In this document: positions 1 to 8,627 of the stretch, piece after piece | Layout: the number at the start of each line of letters is the position of its first letter | Position numbering within the stretch: the stretch's first letter is position 1 | DNA from: an uncultured Candidatus Saccharibacteria bacterium | GTDB lineage: Bacteria; Patescibacteriota; Saccharimonadia; Saccharimonadales; CAYOYH01 | Length of the DNA stretch: 51,185 nt | Assembly: GCA_964579475.1 (NCBI GenBank) | Contig: CAZOFP010000002.1 | Span: forward strand, 8,507-59,691 | Direction: 5' to 3' | The notes under the pieces: model-generated | Told to the model about the DNA's origin: nothing | Databases searched by the model: none | The model's input: only the letters and a program-made list of their open reading frames with translations | Translations under genes and position numbers: made by a program

Positions 1-247
1 CTGAAACTGAATTAGACTCATTGGCAACACCCGGTACGTCTGCCATCCCTGGTACGACAGTTTGTGGCCTTGTGGAGGCATCGTCTGAGGCGGCGTTAGA
101 GACTGCTCTGGGTGGCTCACTGGATGGCTTATTAAAAGTAACACCATTTATTCCAGAACCCTCAATTCTTTCGCGTGTTCCGTCTGGATTGTCTGAAACT
201 GAATTAGACTCATTGGCAACACCCGGTACGTCTGCCATCCCTGGTAC
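1..247. repeat. 55-bp exact direct repeat (1-55 and 193-247; period 192 bp = 64 aa) inside the large ORF
   Basis: ctgaaactgaattagactcattggcaacacccggtacgtctgccatccctggtac occurs twice. Confidence 0.95.
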
Positions 248-1333
248 AGAGCCGGAAGGGTCACCCATGAAACTAATACCTTTAGTTGAAGGTGTTTTAA
301 ATAAATTGATAGGTTCAATTCCTGTATCATCGGCAGGGTGTGGAGCACTGCGCCCCGATGTAGCATCACGCATTATTTGTCGTTGCTCGTCCGTCAATCC
401 TGCTTCTGAAGAACCAGGTGTTGAGGTGTCACGCCCTGATGTAGCATCACGCATTATTTGTCGTTGCTCGTCCGTCAATCCTGCTTCTGAAGAACCAGGT
501 GTTGAGGTATCGTCTTTTACTATACCTTTGCTTGTCTCAACAGCCCTGTCGAAAATAGGGTCTCCAGATGACCCATCGATGCCAACTGGGTCAATACCGG
601 CAATAATTCCATTCAACTCGTCTTCTTGCTCTGGATTAATAGCTTTGTTGCCGTCGTAAATCTGCAGAAACCCATTTTTCTGTTTGAAGCCAAAATTCGT
701 ACCATTTTCTTCGTTGTATTTATCTAAAGCAGCCTGTATAACCTCTTTCTCGCTCCCAGCCTGGACTTCTTTCGCTACAGCCCATGGTCGACGATCGTCG
801 TTATGATCTACGTTTAAGTTACCGCCAGATTGTGTGCCGCCGAACACTGATTCAAGCGCCACATTTATACTAGTCTGGTTGCCTTTAGCTCCAGTCTGTT
901 TAGTGATCTCTTTAAATGATTTATTAATGCCTTGTTCTAGAGCGCCTACTGAGAACTCTTGCTCGGTACCGTTAATTGCTACGGTCGTTTTCTTATTTTT
1001 GGGCATATCTGCGCCTTTTTCGCTACTCTCAAAGAGCTCGGTAGCTTCTCCGTATGATGCCTGCAAGCTGCCGGCAAGCTCAAATGCTTTGCGTGCATCG
1101 TCTTTTGACATAGCACCAATACTTATAGAGCCTTGACCATCTCCTTCGCGGTATTTACTGGTTAAATCTTTTGATTCTGCTACTAGGTTTAGGAGCCCTT
1201 CATTAGCTTTACTAACATCACCTCCGTCATTCCCTAAAAAAGATAGCCGAGCCGAAACTATCTTCTCTATTCCCTCGTACACTGAGGTCAACGCTTCGAG
1301 TAGACTCTTGAAATTATTAGTAGATAAATCCAT
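1..1333 (-). CDS. Large hypothetical protein with internal repeats (3'-truncated by window edge)
   Basis: ATG at 1333-1331 preceded by GGAG RBS. The frame reads MDLSTNNFKSLLEAL... and stays open to position 1 (absent from the ORF track because there is no stop). The + ORFs 21..659 and 834..1136 are its antisense shadows. Confidence 0.85.
   Translation of the reverse strand, partial: MDLSTNNFKSLLEALTSVYEGIEKIVSARLSFLGNDGGDVSKANEGLLNLVAESKDLTSKYREGDGQGSISIGAMSKDDARKAFELAGSLQASYGEATELFESSEKGADMPKNKKTTVAINGTEQEFSVGALEQGINKSFKEITKQTGAKGNQTSINVALESVFGGTQSGGNLNVDHNDDRRPWAVAKEVQAGSEKEVIQAALDKYNEENGTNFGFKQKNGFLQIYDGNKAINPEQEDELNGIIAGIDPVGIDGSSGDPIFDRAVETSKGIVKDDTSTPGSSEAGLTDEQRQIMRDATSGRDTSTPGSSEAGLTDEQRQIMRDATSGRSAPHPADDTGIEPINLFKTPSTKGISFMGDPSGSVPGMADVPGVANESNSVSDNPDGTRERIEGSGINGVTFNKPSSEPPRAVSNAASDDASTRPQTVVPGMADVPGVANESNSVS
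351..512. repeat. Tandem 81-bp duplication (27 aa, DTSTPGSSEAGLTDEQRQIMRDATSGR x2)
   Basis: Units 351-431 and 432-512 are near identical. Confidence 0.95.
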
Positions 1334-1462
1334 TTTGTTCTCCTAATTTTTGTTTTTGACGATATGTCTATCGTAAACATTAGCATGATAATTATATAAA
1401 AACAAACAAAACAACCTCTCTTAGCACTTGACTTTTTATTCTTTTTATAGTTTTATAGGTGT

Positions 1463-2293
1463 ATGTCAAGATATAGAGAGTTTGCAGCTGGAGTTTCTTT
1501 AGCATTAGCTTTGAGTTCGTGCTCAGCAGTAACGGCAGAAAATGAAGCAATAAACAATCCCACTACAACCATAGAAACTAACTCCGCTACGACAAACGAG
1601 AGTGCTGCTTCGATAACTCAGACTACACAGCCTGAGGCATTGCTTAGTCCTGAAGAAAAAGCAAACGAACGTGTTCAAGAGCTTTTTGAAGAATATGTCG
1701 GTAAATTAGCTTGCGCTACCTCTGCTATTAATTCAAGGGAGGATGAAGATTTGGGTTTTAGTGAACTCGGAGATGTTATTGTTGCTCGCACCGACACCAA
1801 TACCACTCCTCCAGAAATCCAAATGTCTGAATGGTTAATAGAAGAAGCAACAAACGATGAGTTTGCAAGGTATATTACTCATGAAATATTTCACGCCTGT
1901 GCCCTGGGTCTTCTCACTCCTGACCCACCGATAACTTTACCCTCTGGAGATGTAATTATTAGTTATGAAGGCTTTACAATAAAATTTGATTCAATAACCA
2001 TCTCCGGCCCAGACGTCACTAGTTTTGGTTTGCCAGAGGAAGGTGCAGCTGAATTGGTGACTAAAGTGCTTAAGGGTGATACTTCCAGCGAGACCAAGTC
2101 ATATAAAGCAATCTACAATGTTACGAAAAAAATAGTAGAAGAATCAGGGTTGTCACTTGAAGAAGTAGCAATAATGGCAGCTGAAGGTAAATTACCTACA
2201 TTTTTTGCAGATTACTATGGCGTTACTGAAGCTACGCCAAGTCAGATCCTAGATGTTATCTTAGAATATCAAGATGCATACTTCGAACAGTAA
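1463..2293 (+). CDS. Putative lipoprotein, gluzincin-type zinc metalloprotease
   Basis: Lipobox LSSC, Thr-rich linker, HEIFH (HExxH) motif and downstream EEGAAE third-ligand motif. Confidence 0.65.
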   Translation: MSRYREFAAGVSLALALSSCSAVTAENEAINNPTTTIETNSATTNESAASITQTTQPEALLSPEEKANERVQELFEEYVGKLACATSAINSREDEDLGFSELGDVIVARTDTNTTPPEIQMSEWLIEEATNDEFARYITHEIFHACALGLLTPDPPITLPSGDVIISYEGFTIKFDSITISGPDVTSFGLPEEGAAELVTKVLKGDTSSETKSYKAIYNVTKKIVEESGLSLEEVAIMAAEGKLPTFFADYYGVTEATPSQILDVILEYQDAYFEQ

Positions 2294-2402
2294 GTTAATG
2301 TAGAATAAACTCACTGCTGGTTAGTTTTTATAATCTTACTTCTTGATATCTTAGGTGCGTGTTTCGGCGACGTCGATAGTAATACCTTGTTATACTTATT
2401 CA

Positions 2403-3476
2403 ATGAGTTTATCCGTCGGCATAGTCGGTTTGCCCAATGTTGGCAAGTCAACACTTTTCAATGCCCTAACCAAAAACAATGTTCTAGCGGCAAATTATCC
2501 CTTCGCTACTATCGAGCCAAACACTGGAATTGTTCCTGTTCCAGATGAACGCCTAGCCAAGCTTGGTGAAATGTTCAGTTCCGCGAAAATCATACCGGCT
2601 ACCGTGACCTTCATCGACATTGCGGGCATTGTTGAAGGTGCACATAAAGGCGAGGGTATGGGCAATGCATTTCTATCGCACATCCGCGAGACCGATGCTA
2701 TAGCACAAGTTGTTCGTGCTTTTGAAGACGACGACATCCAGCACGTTCATGAAAAACTCGACCCTAAAAGTGACATCGACACCATTAACACCGAACTCAT
2801 CCTAGCCGATCTTCAGACACTCGAAACTCATATGCCGAAGCTCATAAAGCAAGCCAAAGGCGACCCTAAAATGAAACCTGCACTTCAGGCACTCGAAGAC
2901 TTAAAAGTCGAACTTGAAGCTGGCAAATTAGCTATAAACACTACTGTTGACCTAGGTTTATTGAATCACCTGAGCCTACTGACTGCCAAGCCATTTATTT
3001 ATGTTTTCAACGTCGACGAAGAGACTATCGGCAACTTAGAAAAGAAGAAAGAGTTGGCATCTTTAGCTCCTACAAATAACGTGGTCTTTGTCAGTGCCAA
3101 ATTAGAAGCTGAGCTCAGTGAACTAGATGAATCTGACGCAACAGAACTTATGAAGGAGTATAGTATCAACAAATCAGGTCTAGAGCGATTAAGCCACGTT
3201 GGCTACGAAACACTTAAGCTGCAGAGTTATCTAACTGCAGGCGAGAAAGAATCCCGCGCCTGGACGATAAAACAAGGCTCCACTGCCCCGCAAGCAGCAG
3301 GTGTTATTCACGGCGACTTCGAAAAGGGTTTCATTATGGCTGATATCGTAAGCTACGCCGATTTAGTAGCTGCCGGAAGTTGGAATGATGCCAAAACCGC
3401 CGGCAAGCTCCGCATGGAAGGCAAGGATTATGTTATGCAAGACGGCGATGTTGTGGAGTTTAAGTTTAGCAACTGA
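2403..3476 (+). CDS. ychF: Redox-regulated ATPase YchF (Obg family)
   Basis: GIVGLPNVGKSTLFNAL, ANYPFATIEPN, DIAG, C-terminal TGS EGKDYVMQDGDVVEF; start refined to ATG 2403. Confidence 0.97.
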   Translation: MSLSVGIVGLPNVGKSTLFNALTKNNVLAANYPFATIEPNTGIVPVPDERLAKLGEMFSSAKIIPATVTFIDIAGIVEGAHKGEGMGNAFLSHIRETDAIAQVVRAFEDDDIQHVHEKLDPKSDIDTINTELILADLQTLETHMPKLIKQAKGDPKMKPALQALEDLKVELEAGKLAINTTVDLGLLNHLSLLTAKPFIYVFNVDEETIGNLEKKKELASLAPTNNVVFVSAKLEAELSELDESDATELMKEYSINKSGLERLSHVGYETLKLQSYLTAGEKESRAWTIKQGSTAPQAAGVIHGDFEKGFIMADIVSYADLVAAGSWNDAKTAGKLRMEGKDYVMQDGDVVEFKFSN

Positions 3477-3489
3477 GTTATATGATTAA

Positions 3490-4056
3490 TCATATAACTT
3501 TTAACTTATAAAAACGCTCTCTATTGCCTTTGTTACCGACGATTTTTGAATCAGCTTTGTTTACGATATTGAACAAGTTTTTTACCCAAGCTTCAAAGTC
3601 CTTCATCAACTCTCTGCGAATCGAATTATTTTTAATCACACCTCTGTTCTTCTGAGATTCTTTAGCTTCGAACTGAGGTTTGAACAATACAACGATTTCT
3701 GTATTTTTGTTGGCAATTTTAGCAATTCTCGGTAAAACTTTGCGTAGTGAGATAAACGATAAATCCATCAAAATCACATCAAAGTTTTCTGTCGGTTTGT
3801 AATTCAAAATATCTGTCTTTTCGTGCAGTTCTACTCGTGGATTATCACGTAATTTTGGGTGTAATTGGTTGGTTCCAAGCTCTACTCCAACAACTTTTAT
3901 TGCGCCGCTTTGCAGGGAGTAATCTGTAAACCCACCAGTCGATGATCCGACATCCAGAACTGCCTTGTTTTTAAGATTCAACTTTAAGTCAGCTGCTACA
4001 GAGGCAAGCTTGTCACCCGCCCTTGATACGTACTTAGCGCTTTTCTCTTTCGACAT
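3490..4056 (-). CDS. tlyA: TlyA family rRNA methyltransferase (no S4 domain)
   Basis: YVSRAGDKL, LDVGSSTGGFTD, DLSFISL, KPQFE and GNRE motifs. Confidence 0.9.
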   Translation of the reverse strand: MSKEKSAKYVSRAGDKLASVAADLKLNLKNKAVLDVGSSTGGFTDYSLQSGAIKVVGVELGTNQLHPKLRDNPRVELHEKTDILNYKPTENFDVILMDLSFISLRKVLPRIAKIANKNTEIVVLFKPQFEAKESQKNRGVIKNNSIRRELMKDFEAWVKNLFNIVNKADSKIVGNKGNRERFYKLKVI

Positions 4057-4594
4057 ATGATCCATCCCTAGTGTCTACAATTACATTGTCGCCTGTCTTG
4101 ATAAAGATTGGTACCTGGACGATTGTGCCTGTTTCCAAATCAGCTTGTTTCATAACGGTTGACTGGGTGTCTCCCTTGACCACATCAGGCGTGCTGAGTA
4201 CTTTTAACGAGATTTTAACTGGTAATTCGATGTTGATGACCTGACCACCAAACAGCTGCGCTGTAACGCTCATGCCGTCTTTTAGGAATTTCTCACCTAT
4301 AACATCTTCGCTCCCAAGTTCAAACTGCTCGTAAGAGGATTCGTCCATGAAATGTAGCGTAGCTCCGTCTTTGTATAGAAACTGCAATTTACTATTGCTT
4401 ACGTCAGCAGGTTCAACCTTGTCTTGTCCCTTAAATGTCTTCGGAATTACTGAGCCGTCCAGAAGATTTTTGAGCTTGGTATTTACAATAGAACCACCAC
4501 GACCCATCTGTTTTTGAGCGTAATCAACAACTTTATATGGTTTACCGTCTAGCTGAATTAAGGTTCCCTTTTTTAAATCTGTAACTCCGTACAT
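4034..4594 (-). CDS. efp: Elongation factor P
   Basis: KOW/OB layout, LQFLYKDG, FMDESSYEQ, LETG, VPIFIKTGD, VDTRDGSYVER. Confidence 0.95.
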   Translation of the reverse strand: MYGVTDLKKGTLIQLDGKPYKVVDYAQKQMGRGGSIVNTKLKNLLDGSVIPKTFKGQDKVEPADVSNSKLQFLYKDGATLHFMDESSYEQFELGSEDVIGEKFLKDGMSVTAQLFGGQVINIELPVKISLKVLSTPDVVKGDTQSTVMKQADLETGTIVQVPIFIKTGDNVIVDTRDGSYVEREKR

Positions 4595-4598
4595 GGCT

Positions 4599-4633
4599 TA
4601 GATAATAGACTCTAGATGACAGATTCCAGAGTC
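4599..4633. repeat. Degenerate heptamer array (YAGANNN x5) on the 3' side of the four-helix-bundle gene
   Basis: tagataa tagactc tagatga cagattc cagagtc. Confidence 0.65.
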
Positions 4634-5024
4634 AAACTCCTTTCGTTCTATTAGCTTTTCTTAGACCGTTCAGTACTTTATGAGCTTCTGTAGCTCGGCT
4701 GTACAGTTGGTCAAATAATTCTGTATCGATATAATTGACGTCTCGAGCTATCATTAGCTGGTTCTCAACTTCACTAAGAGAGCCTGAAGCAATGGAGAAG
4801 AACTGGTCTTTTTCTTTATTGTAGCTCCTGCCAAAACCTTCTGCTATATTCGAGGTAACCGACACTGATGCTCGCTCTAGTTGCGATATTAAGCCAAACT
4901 TTTCCTTGTCGGGAAACTTCTTAGTCATTTCATAGATTAAAACAACCAGTTCGTGACTCTTTTGCCAAGCGATTAAGTCGGTGAAATCTCTGATTTTATT
5001 TTTCGGCTCATCCTGTTCTGACAT
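4632..5024 (-). CDS. Four helix bundle protein (23S rRNA intervening-sequence protein / bAvd-like family)
   Basis: FTDLIAWQKS, FPDKEKFGLISQLERASVSVTSNIAEG, ASGSLSEVENQL motifs. Confidence 0.93.
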   Translation of the reverse strand: MSEQDEPKNKIRDFTDLIAWQKSHELVVLIYEMTKKFPDKEKFGLISQLERASVSVTSNIAEGFGRSYNKEKDQFFSIASGSLSEVENQLMIARDVNYIDTELFDQLYSRATEAHKVLNGLRKANRTKGV

Positions 5025-5061
5025 CTTTTCCTGTTGCTCCTTTTTCGCCTTTGTTGCTAAA

Positions 5062-5096
5062 TTGTCTGACGTCAGTTGTCGGTCGTCTGTCGTCTA
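5062..5096. repeat. Degenerate heptamer array (NNGTCTR x5) on the 5' side of the four-helix-bundle gene, inverted relative to 4599-4633
   Basis: ttgtctg acgtcag ttgtcgg tcgtctg tcgtcta. Confidence 0.7.
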
Positions 5097-5291
5097 TTTA
5101 ACTACGAACGGCAGGAGCCCTAGGTGTCGAGCCTTTTTAATAGCTGACGCTAGTTGTTTTTGCTGCTTTTCCTGTAACCCAGTTTTCTTGCGTGATTCAA
5201 TTCTACCTAGTGGTGTGATATAGCGCTGGAGAGTCTTGAAGTCTTTGTAGTCAAAATATTTAATCTCATTTTTTCGTCTGTAGTATGCCAT
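5094..5291 (-). CDS. rpsR: 30S ribosomal protein S18 (Cys-free form)
   Basis: FDYKDFKTLQRYI, GRIESRKKTG, AIKKARHLGLLPF; rpsF-ssb-rpsR synteny. Confidence 0.96.
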   Translation of the reverse strand: MAYYRRKNEIKYFDYKDFKTLQRYITPLGRIESRKKTGLQEKQQKQLASAIKKARHLGLLPFVVK

Positions 5292-5341
5292 GGAATATCC
5301 TTCCTAACTTATTTATCGGTTGTTAATATTATGGATGTAAG

Positions 5342-5467
5342 TTCTTGTGTTTTTTCATGAGTAAAGTTCGAGGAAAATCCGAGAAACTTACTGAGCTGTG
5401 CGCTACGGCACTGCGAGGGAGTATCGGAGGTTTTAACAAAGAAATTTACCATAAAAATACTCAAGAA
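5342..5467. mobile_element. ~126-bp imperfect palindromic element (MITE/RPE-like)
   Basis: Arms ttcttgtgttttttcatgagtaaagttc / gaaatttaccataaaaatactcaagaa; inner tccga..tcgga and gtgc..gcac pairings; abuts the ssb stop codon. Confidence 0.55.
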
Positions 5468-5944
5468 TTAGAATGGTATGTCACTCAGGTCTACCGGCTC
5501 GTCATCTATGTCTTCGATGACTACGTCGTCTGATTTCTTGTTGTCTGCTGGAGGGGAGCTGGTTTTTGCTGGAGCTGACTTGGTCTGCTCGTCCCTGCTA
5601 CCACTACCGCGAGTACCGTCGCTAATAAAATTGAAATCTTCCACTACGACGTCCACTTTGGAGCGTTTTTGACCATCCTGTTCCCAGGTGCGCTGGTTTA
5701 AGCGACCAGAGATTAGCAGGGCTTGGCCTTTTTGGGTGTACTGGTTGATTATTTCACCAGCCTTACCCCATGCAGTACAGTCGAAAAAGCTGACATCTTC
5801 TTGTTTCTCGCCCTGTTGGTTGTTCCATGTACGATTTACAGCTAGTGAAAATGAGCAAACAGATCGTCCACTTGGAGTTGTTCTGAGCTCTGGGTCTCTT
5901 GTAAGATTCCCAAGCAAAGTTACTTTGTTAAATCCTTTAGCCAT
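5468..5944 (-). CDS. ssb: Single-stranded DNA-binding protein
   Basis: NKVTLLGNLTRDPELR; C-terminal DIPF. Confidence 0.98.
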   Translation of the reverse strand: MAKGFNKVTLLGNLTRDPELRTTPSGRSVCSFSLAVNRTWNNQQGEKQEDVSFFDCTAWGKAGEIINQYTQKGQALLISGRLNQRTWEQDGQKRSKVDVVVEDFNFISDGTRGSGSRDEQTKSAPAKTSSPPADNKKSDDVVIEDIDDEPVDLSDIPF

Positions 5945-5945
5945 C

Positions 5946-6386
5946 TTAACCTTCTTTCTCGGTGGACTTGTCGTCCTTAGATTCTTTGGCTTTTGTTTCA
6001 GTAGCTTTTTTATCTTCTTTGGGTTCTTCGTCAGTTTTTTTCACTGTCTTTTTGGGGCTGTCTTTTGATTTATCATCTTCCGATTCTTCCTCGTCTTCCT
6101 CAACAGGTACAGGTGCAGTAATTAGATACCGAATAACCTCGTCGGTAATATTGAAAAGGCCTTCAACCTTGGCTACCGCCTCTGGTGGTAACTGTATATC
6201 AAAGTAGACATAAACCGCAAAATTCTCTTTTGCAATTGGGTAGGCAAGCTTTCTCTTGCCCCAAATGTCTTGGTTGATTACTTTACCACCACTGCCTGTA
6301 ATTACCTCTGAAACTTTTTTCAGTGGACTGTCTAGATTAAGTTCTAGATCTGGATGTAGAAGTACTACCAATTCGTAGTCTCTCAT
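5946..6386 (-). CDS. rpsF: 30S ribosomal protein S6
   Basis: MRDYELVVLLHP, WGKRKLAYPI, VIRYLI; acidic/Lys tail. Confidence 0.97.
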   Translation of the reverse strand: MRDYELVVLLHPDLELNLDSPLKKVSEVITGSGGKVINQDIWGKRKLAYPIAKENFAVYVYFDIQLPPEAVAKVEGLFNITDEVIRYLITAPVPVEEDEEESEDDKSKDSPKKTVKKTDEEPKEDKKATETKAKESKDDKSTEKEG

Positions 6387-6465
6387 ATGTTATTTCCTCC
6401 TTGGACAAACCGTTGTGGTCTGGCCTATTTACGTCTTCAGCAATAAGCTGAGGAATAATTATTAT
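6387..6465 (-). promoter_or_regulatory. Possible S6:S18 (rpsF) autoregulatory leader
   Basis: The 5' UTR ends ...ggccagaccacaacggtttgtccaaggagg, resembling from memory the CC..GUCCA..GGAGG end of Firmicutes rpsF leaders; small hairpin tcagc-ttatt-gctga upstream. Confidence 0.4.
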
Positions 6466-6509
6466 TTGTAGTCAAAAACTATAACCCACTCACCCCTGTT
6501 TGTAAAGGG

Positions 6510-8609
6510 TCACTCTTCTGAGCCGAATGCCTCGTCGAGACTACTGATAAGAACTTCGCGCGGTCTTGAACCTTTGGCTGGGCCGACAATTCCAGCTTCT
6601 TCCATGTAATCGATTAAACGCGCTGCGCGGCCGTAGCCGACTCTTAGGCGCCTCTGTAGCAACGATGCTGAGGCTTTGCCGCTCTCAACAACAACTCTGA
6701 CAGCGTCTTTATACAAGCTATCGTCTGCACCATCGCTAGCACCAGCTATGCCACCACCGCCAGGCATCTGTACTGGCTGCGTAACCACTTCTTCGTCGTA
6801 TTCAGGAGCGCTCTGCATTCGGATGTGATTTGTTACGGCGTCGACTTCGTTCTCATCTATAAACGCACCTTGGATACGTTTAGGCTTGGGTAGTCTTGGC
6901 GTCATAAATAGCATATCCCCCTGCCCCAGAAGTTTCTCAGCGCCGCCTTGGTCAAGTATGGTTCGTGAGTCGACTTGTTGCGCCACCGTAAAAGCAATTC
7001 GAGCAGGTATGTTAGCTTTGATTAATCCAGTTATTACGTCTACAGAAGGCCGTTGCGTTGCTAGAACCAAGTGAATACCCACCGCACGGGATTTCTGCGC
7101 CAAACGAACGATAAGGGCTTCTACGTCGCGAGCTGCAACACTCATTAGGTCTGCTAGCTCATCGATAACGATTACGATATAAGGCATGCCTTCTTCTTTT
7201 TTGAGTTTGTTGTAGGCGCCAATATTCCTCTTGCCGGCTTCTGAAAGCTTGTCGTATCGGCGTTCCATTTCTGCGACTGCCCATTTTAACGCTGAGATAC
7301 ATCTGTCCGGCTCTGTAATCACAGGCGTTAGCAGGTGAGGCATACCGTCATATAGTTTCAGCTCAACTTGCTTAGGGTCCACTAGTATCAACTTTAGATC
7401 TGCGGGTGAGTTGCGGTATAAAAAACTGGTCAGAAGCGTATTAATCATGACAGATTTACCAGAACCGGTGGCTCCAGCAATAAGTAAATGCGGCATATTA
7501 TCGAGATCAGCAATAACCGGCTCTCCGGCAATATCTTTGCCGACAGTAAATGCTAGTGGCGACCCCTCTGCGTCCCACTGCTTAGAACTGAGGAGCGAGT
7601 GCATTCGAACTGTCGCAGCTTTAACATTAGGAACCTCTATGCCAACTGCTTTCTTGCCTGGTATTGGCGCCTCGATACGAATATTTGAAGCCGCTAAATT
7701 AAGTGCAATATTGCTCTCAAGCGCAGTTATCTTAGACAGACGAACCCCGCTTGGTGGCTGAAGGGTGTACTGGGTGACTTTCGGGCCAACGTTGGCACCC
7801 TCCATGTTCACTTCAATATTGAAATCTTGAAGTGTGCTTTTGATTATGTCGGCATTGTTGTTGATGTCACCAGGGTCTGCCTTATCTTGTTTGTCGTTCA
7901 GCAAATCAAGCCCTGGTAGTTTCCAGTTCGGATCAGCCAATGTCGTTAGTGCTTTACCGCTAACTTCTTTTTTCTTTTCTTTGCTGCCGCCTTTTTGAAT
8001 AGGCACACCTTCATTTAGCTTAAACTCGCCCTTGGCTGGCGTTTCAGCCTTCGCAGTTTGCAAGTCTCCCTCGATGACTTTGGTTTTTCCAATGCCAAAT
8101 TTTGCAAGTAAATCTTTGAACGAAACTTTGAATATAAAAAGCGTCGACAAGATTATGATGAACAGCAAAACTAATACTGCTAGTGGCGTAATTAGCACAC
8201 TGTCAATAACTCCACCCAGTAGTCCCCCGAAGATGCCGCCCGCTGAATCATTGTTTGTCGAAAAGACTTCCTGCAGCGCACCGATTGAGCTAAGCAACAA
8301 GAACATTCCAAAATACACCCTAGCTTGCAGGCGATGATTTTCGCTTTTGAACAGACGAAGCGCCATGACTGCCAGAATAATCGGCACGAAAATTGCTCCT
8401 GCACCGAAAAGATACGAAGCGGCATCTGAAAGCGCTACTGGAAGTGTGCCACCAATGCCCAGTAAGCCTAGAGCAATAAGCGGTGCAACTATCAGACCAA
8501 GCAACACAGACAGTGCCTGAGGCCAAAAACCCGAGGGTAAGTCATGCGTGGAGTCAGTGGCCTTAGATTCTTTGGTTGACTTCTTTTTTGATTTTTTCTT
8601 CTTAGCCAT
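6510..8609 (-). CDS. ftsK: DNA translocase FtsK
   Basis: N-terminal TM segments, PHLLIAGATGSGKS, LILVDPK, IDELADLM, ATQRPSVDVITG, gamma domain LQRRLRVGYGRAARL. Confidence 0.97.
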   Translation of the reverse strand: MAKKKKSKKKSTKESKATDSTHDLPSGFWPQALSVLLGLIVAPLIALGLLGIGGTLPVALSDAASYLFGAGAIFVPIILAVMALRLFKSENHRLQARVYFGMFLLLSSIGALQEVFSTNNDSAGGIFGGLLGGVIDSVLITPLAVLVLLFIIILSTLFIFKVSFKDLLAKFGIGKTKVIEGDLQTAKAETPAKGEFKLNEGVPIQKGGSKEKKKEVSGKALTTLADPNWKLPGLDLLNDKQDKADPGDINNNADIIKSTLQDFNIEVNMEGANVGPKVTQYTLQPPSGVRLSKITALESNIALNLAASNIRIEAPIPGKKAVGIEVPNVKAATVRMHSLLSSKQWDAEGSPLAFTVGKDIAGEPVIADLDNMPHLLIAGATGSGKSVMINTLLTSFLYRNSPADLKLILVDPKQVELKLYDGMPHLLTPVITEPDRCISALKWAVAEMERRYDKLSEAGKRNIGAYNKLKKEEGMPYIVIVIDELADLMSVAARDVEALIVRLAQKSRAVGIHLVLATQRPSVDVITGLIKANIPARIAFTVAQQVDSRTILDQGGAEKLLGQGDMLFMTPRLPKPKRIQGAFIDENEVDAVTNHIRMQSAPEYDEEVVTQPVQMPGGGGIAGASDGADDSLYKDAVRVVVESGKASASLLQRRLRVGYGRAARLIDYMEEAGIVGPAKGSRPREVLISSLDEAFGSEE

Positions 8610-8627
8610 ACCCCTAGAGTATAAAGG

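Noticed and set aside
1-512. Direct repeats as a possible CRISPR array
   Set aside because: Only two copies each, in frame within a CDS, with no repeat-spacer pattern and no cas genes.
21-1136. + strand ORFs 21..659 and 834..1136 (and the many similar Ser/Pro-rich ORFs opposite core genes throughout the window)
   Set aside because: Antisense shadows of real genes on the other strand; no RBS or motifs.
1421-1432. ttagcacttgac, a CIRCE half-site
   Set aside because: No second arm at the 9-nt spacing; probably just a -35 element.
4632-5024. Diversity-generating retroelement (Avd-like gene)
   Set aside because: No reverse transcriptase and no TR/VR pair with A-specific mismatches seen in the window.
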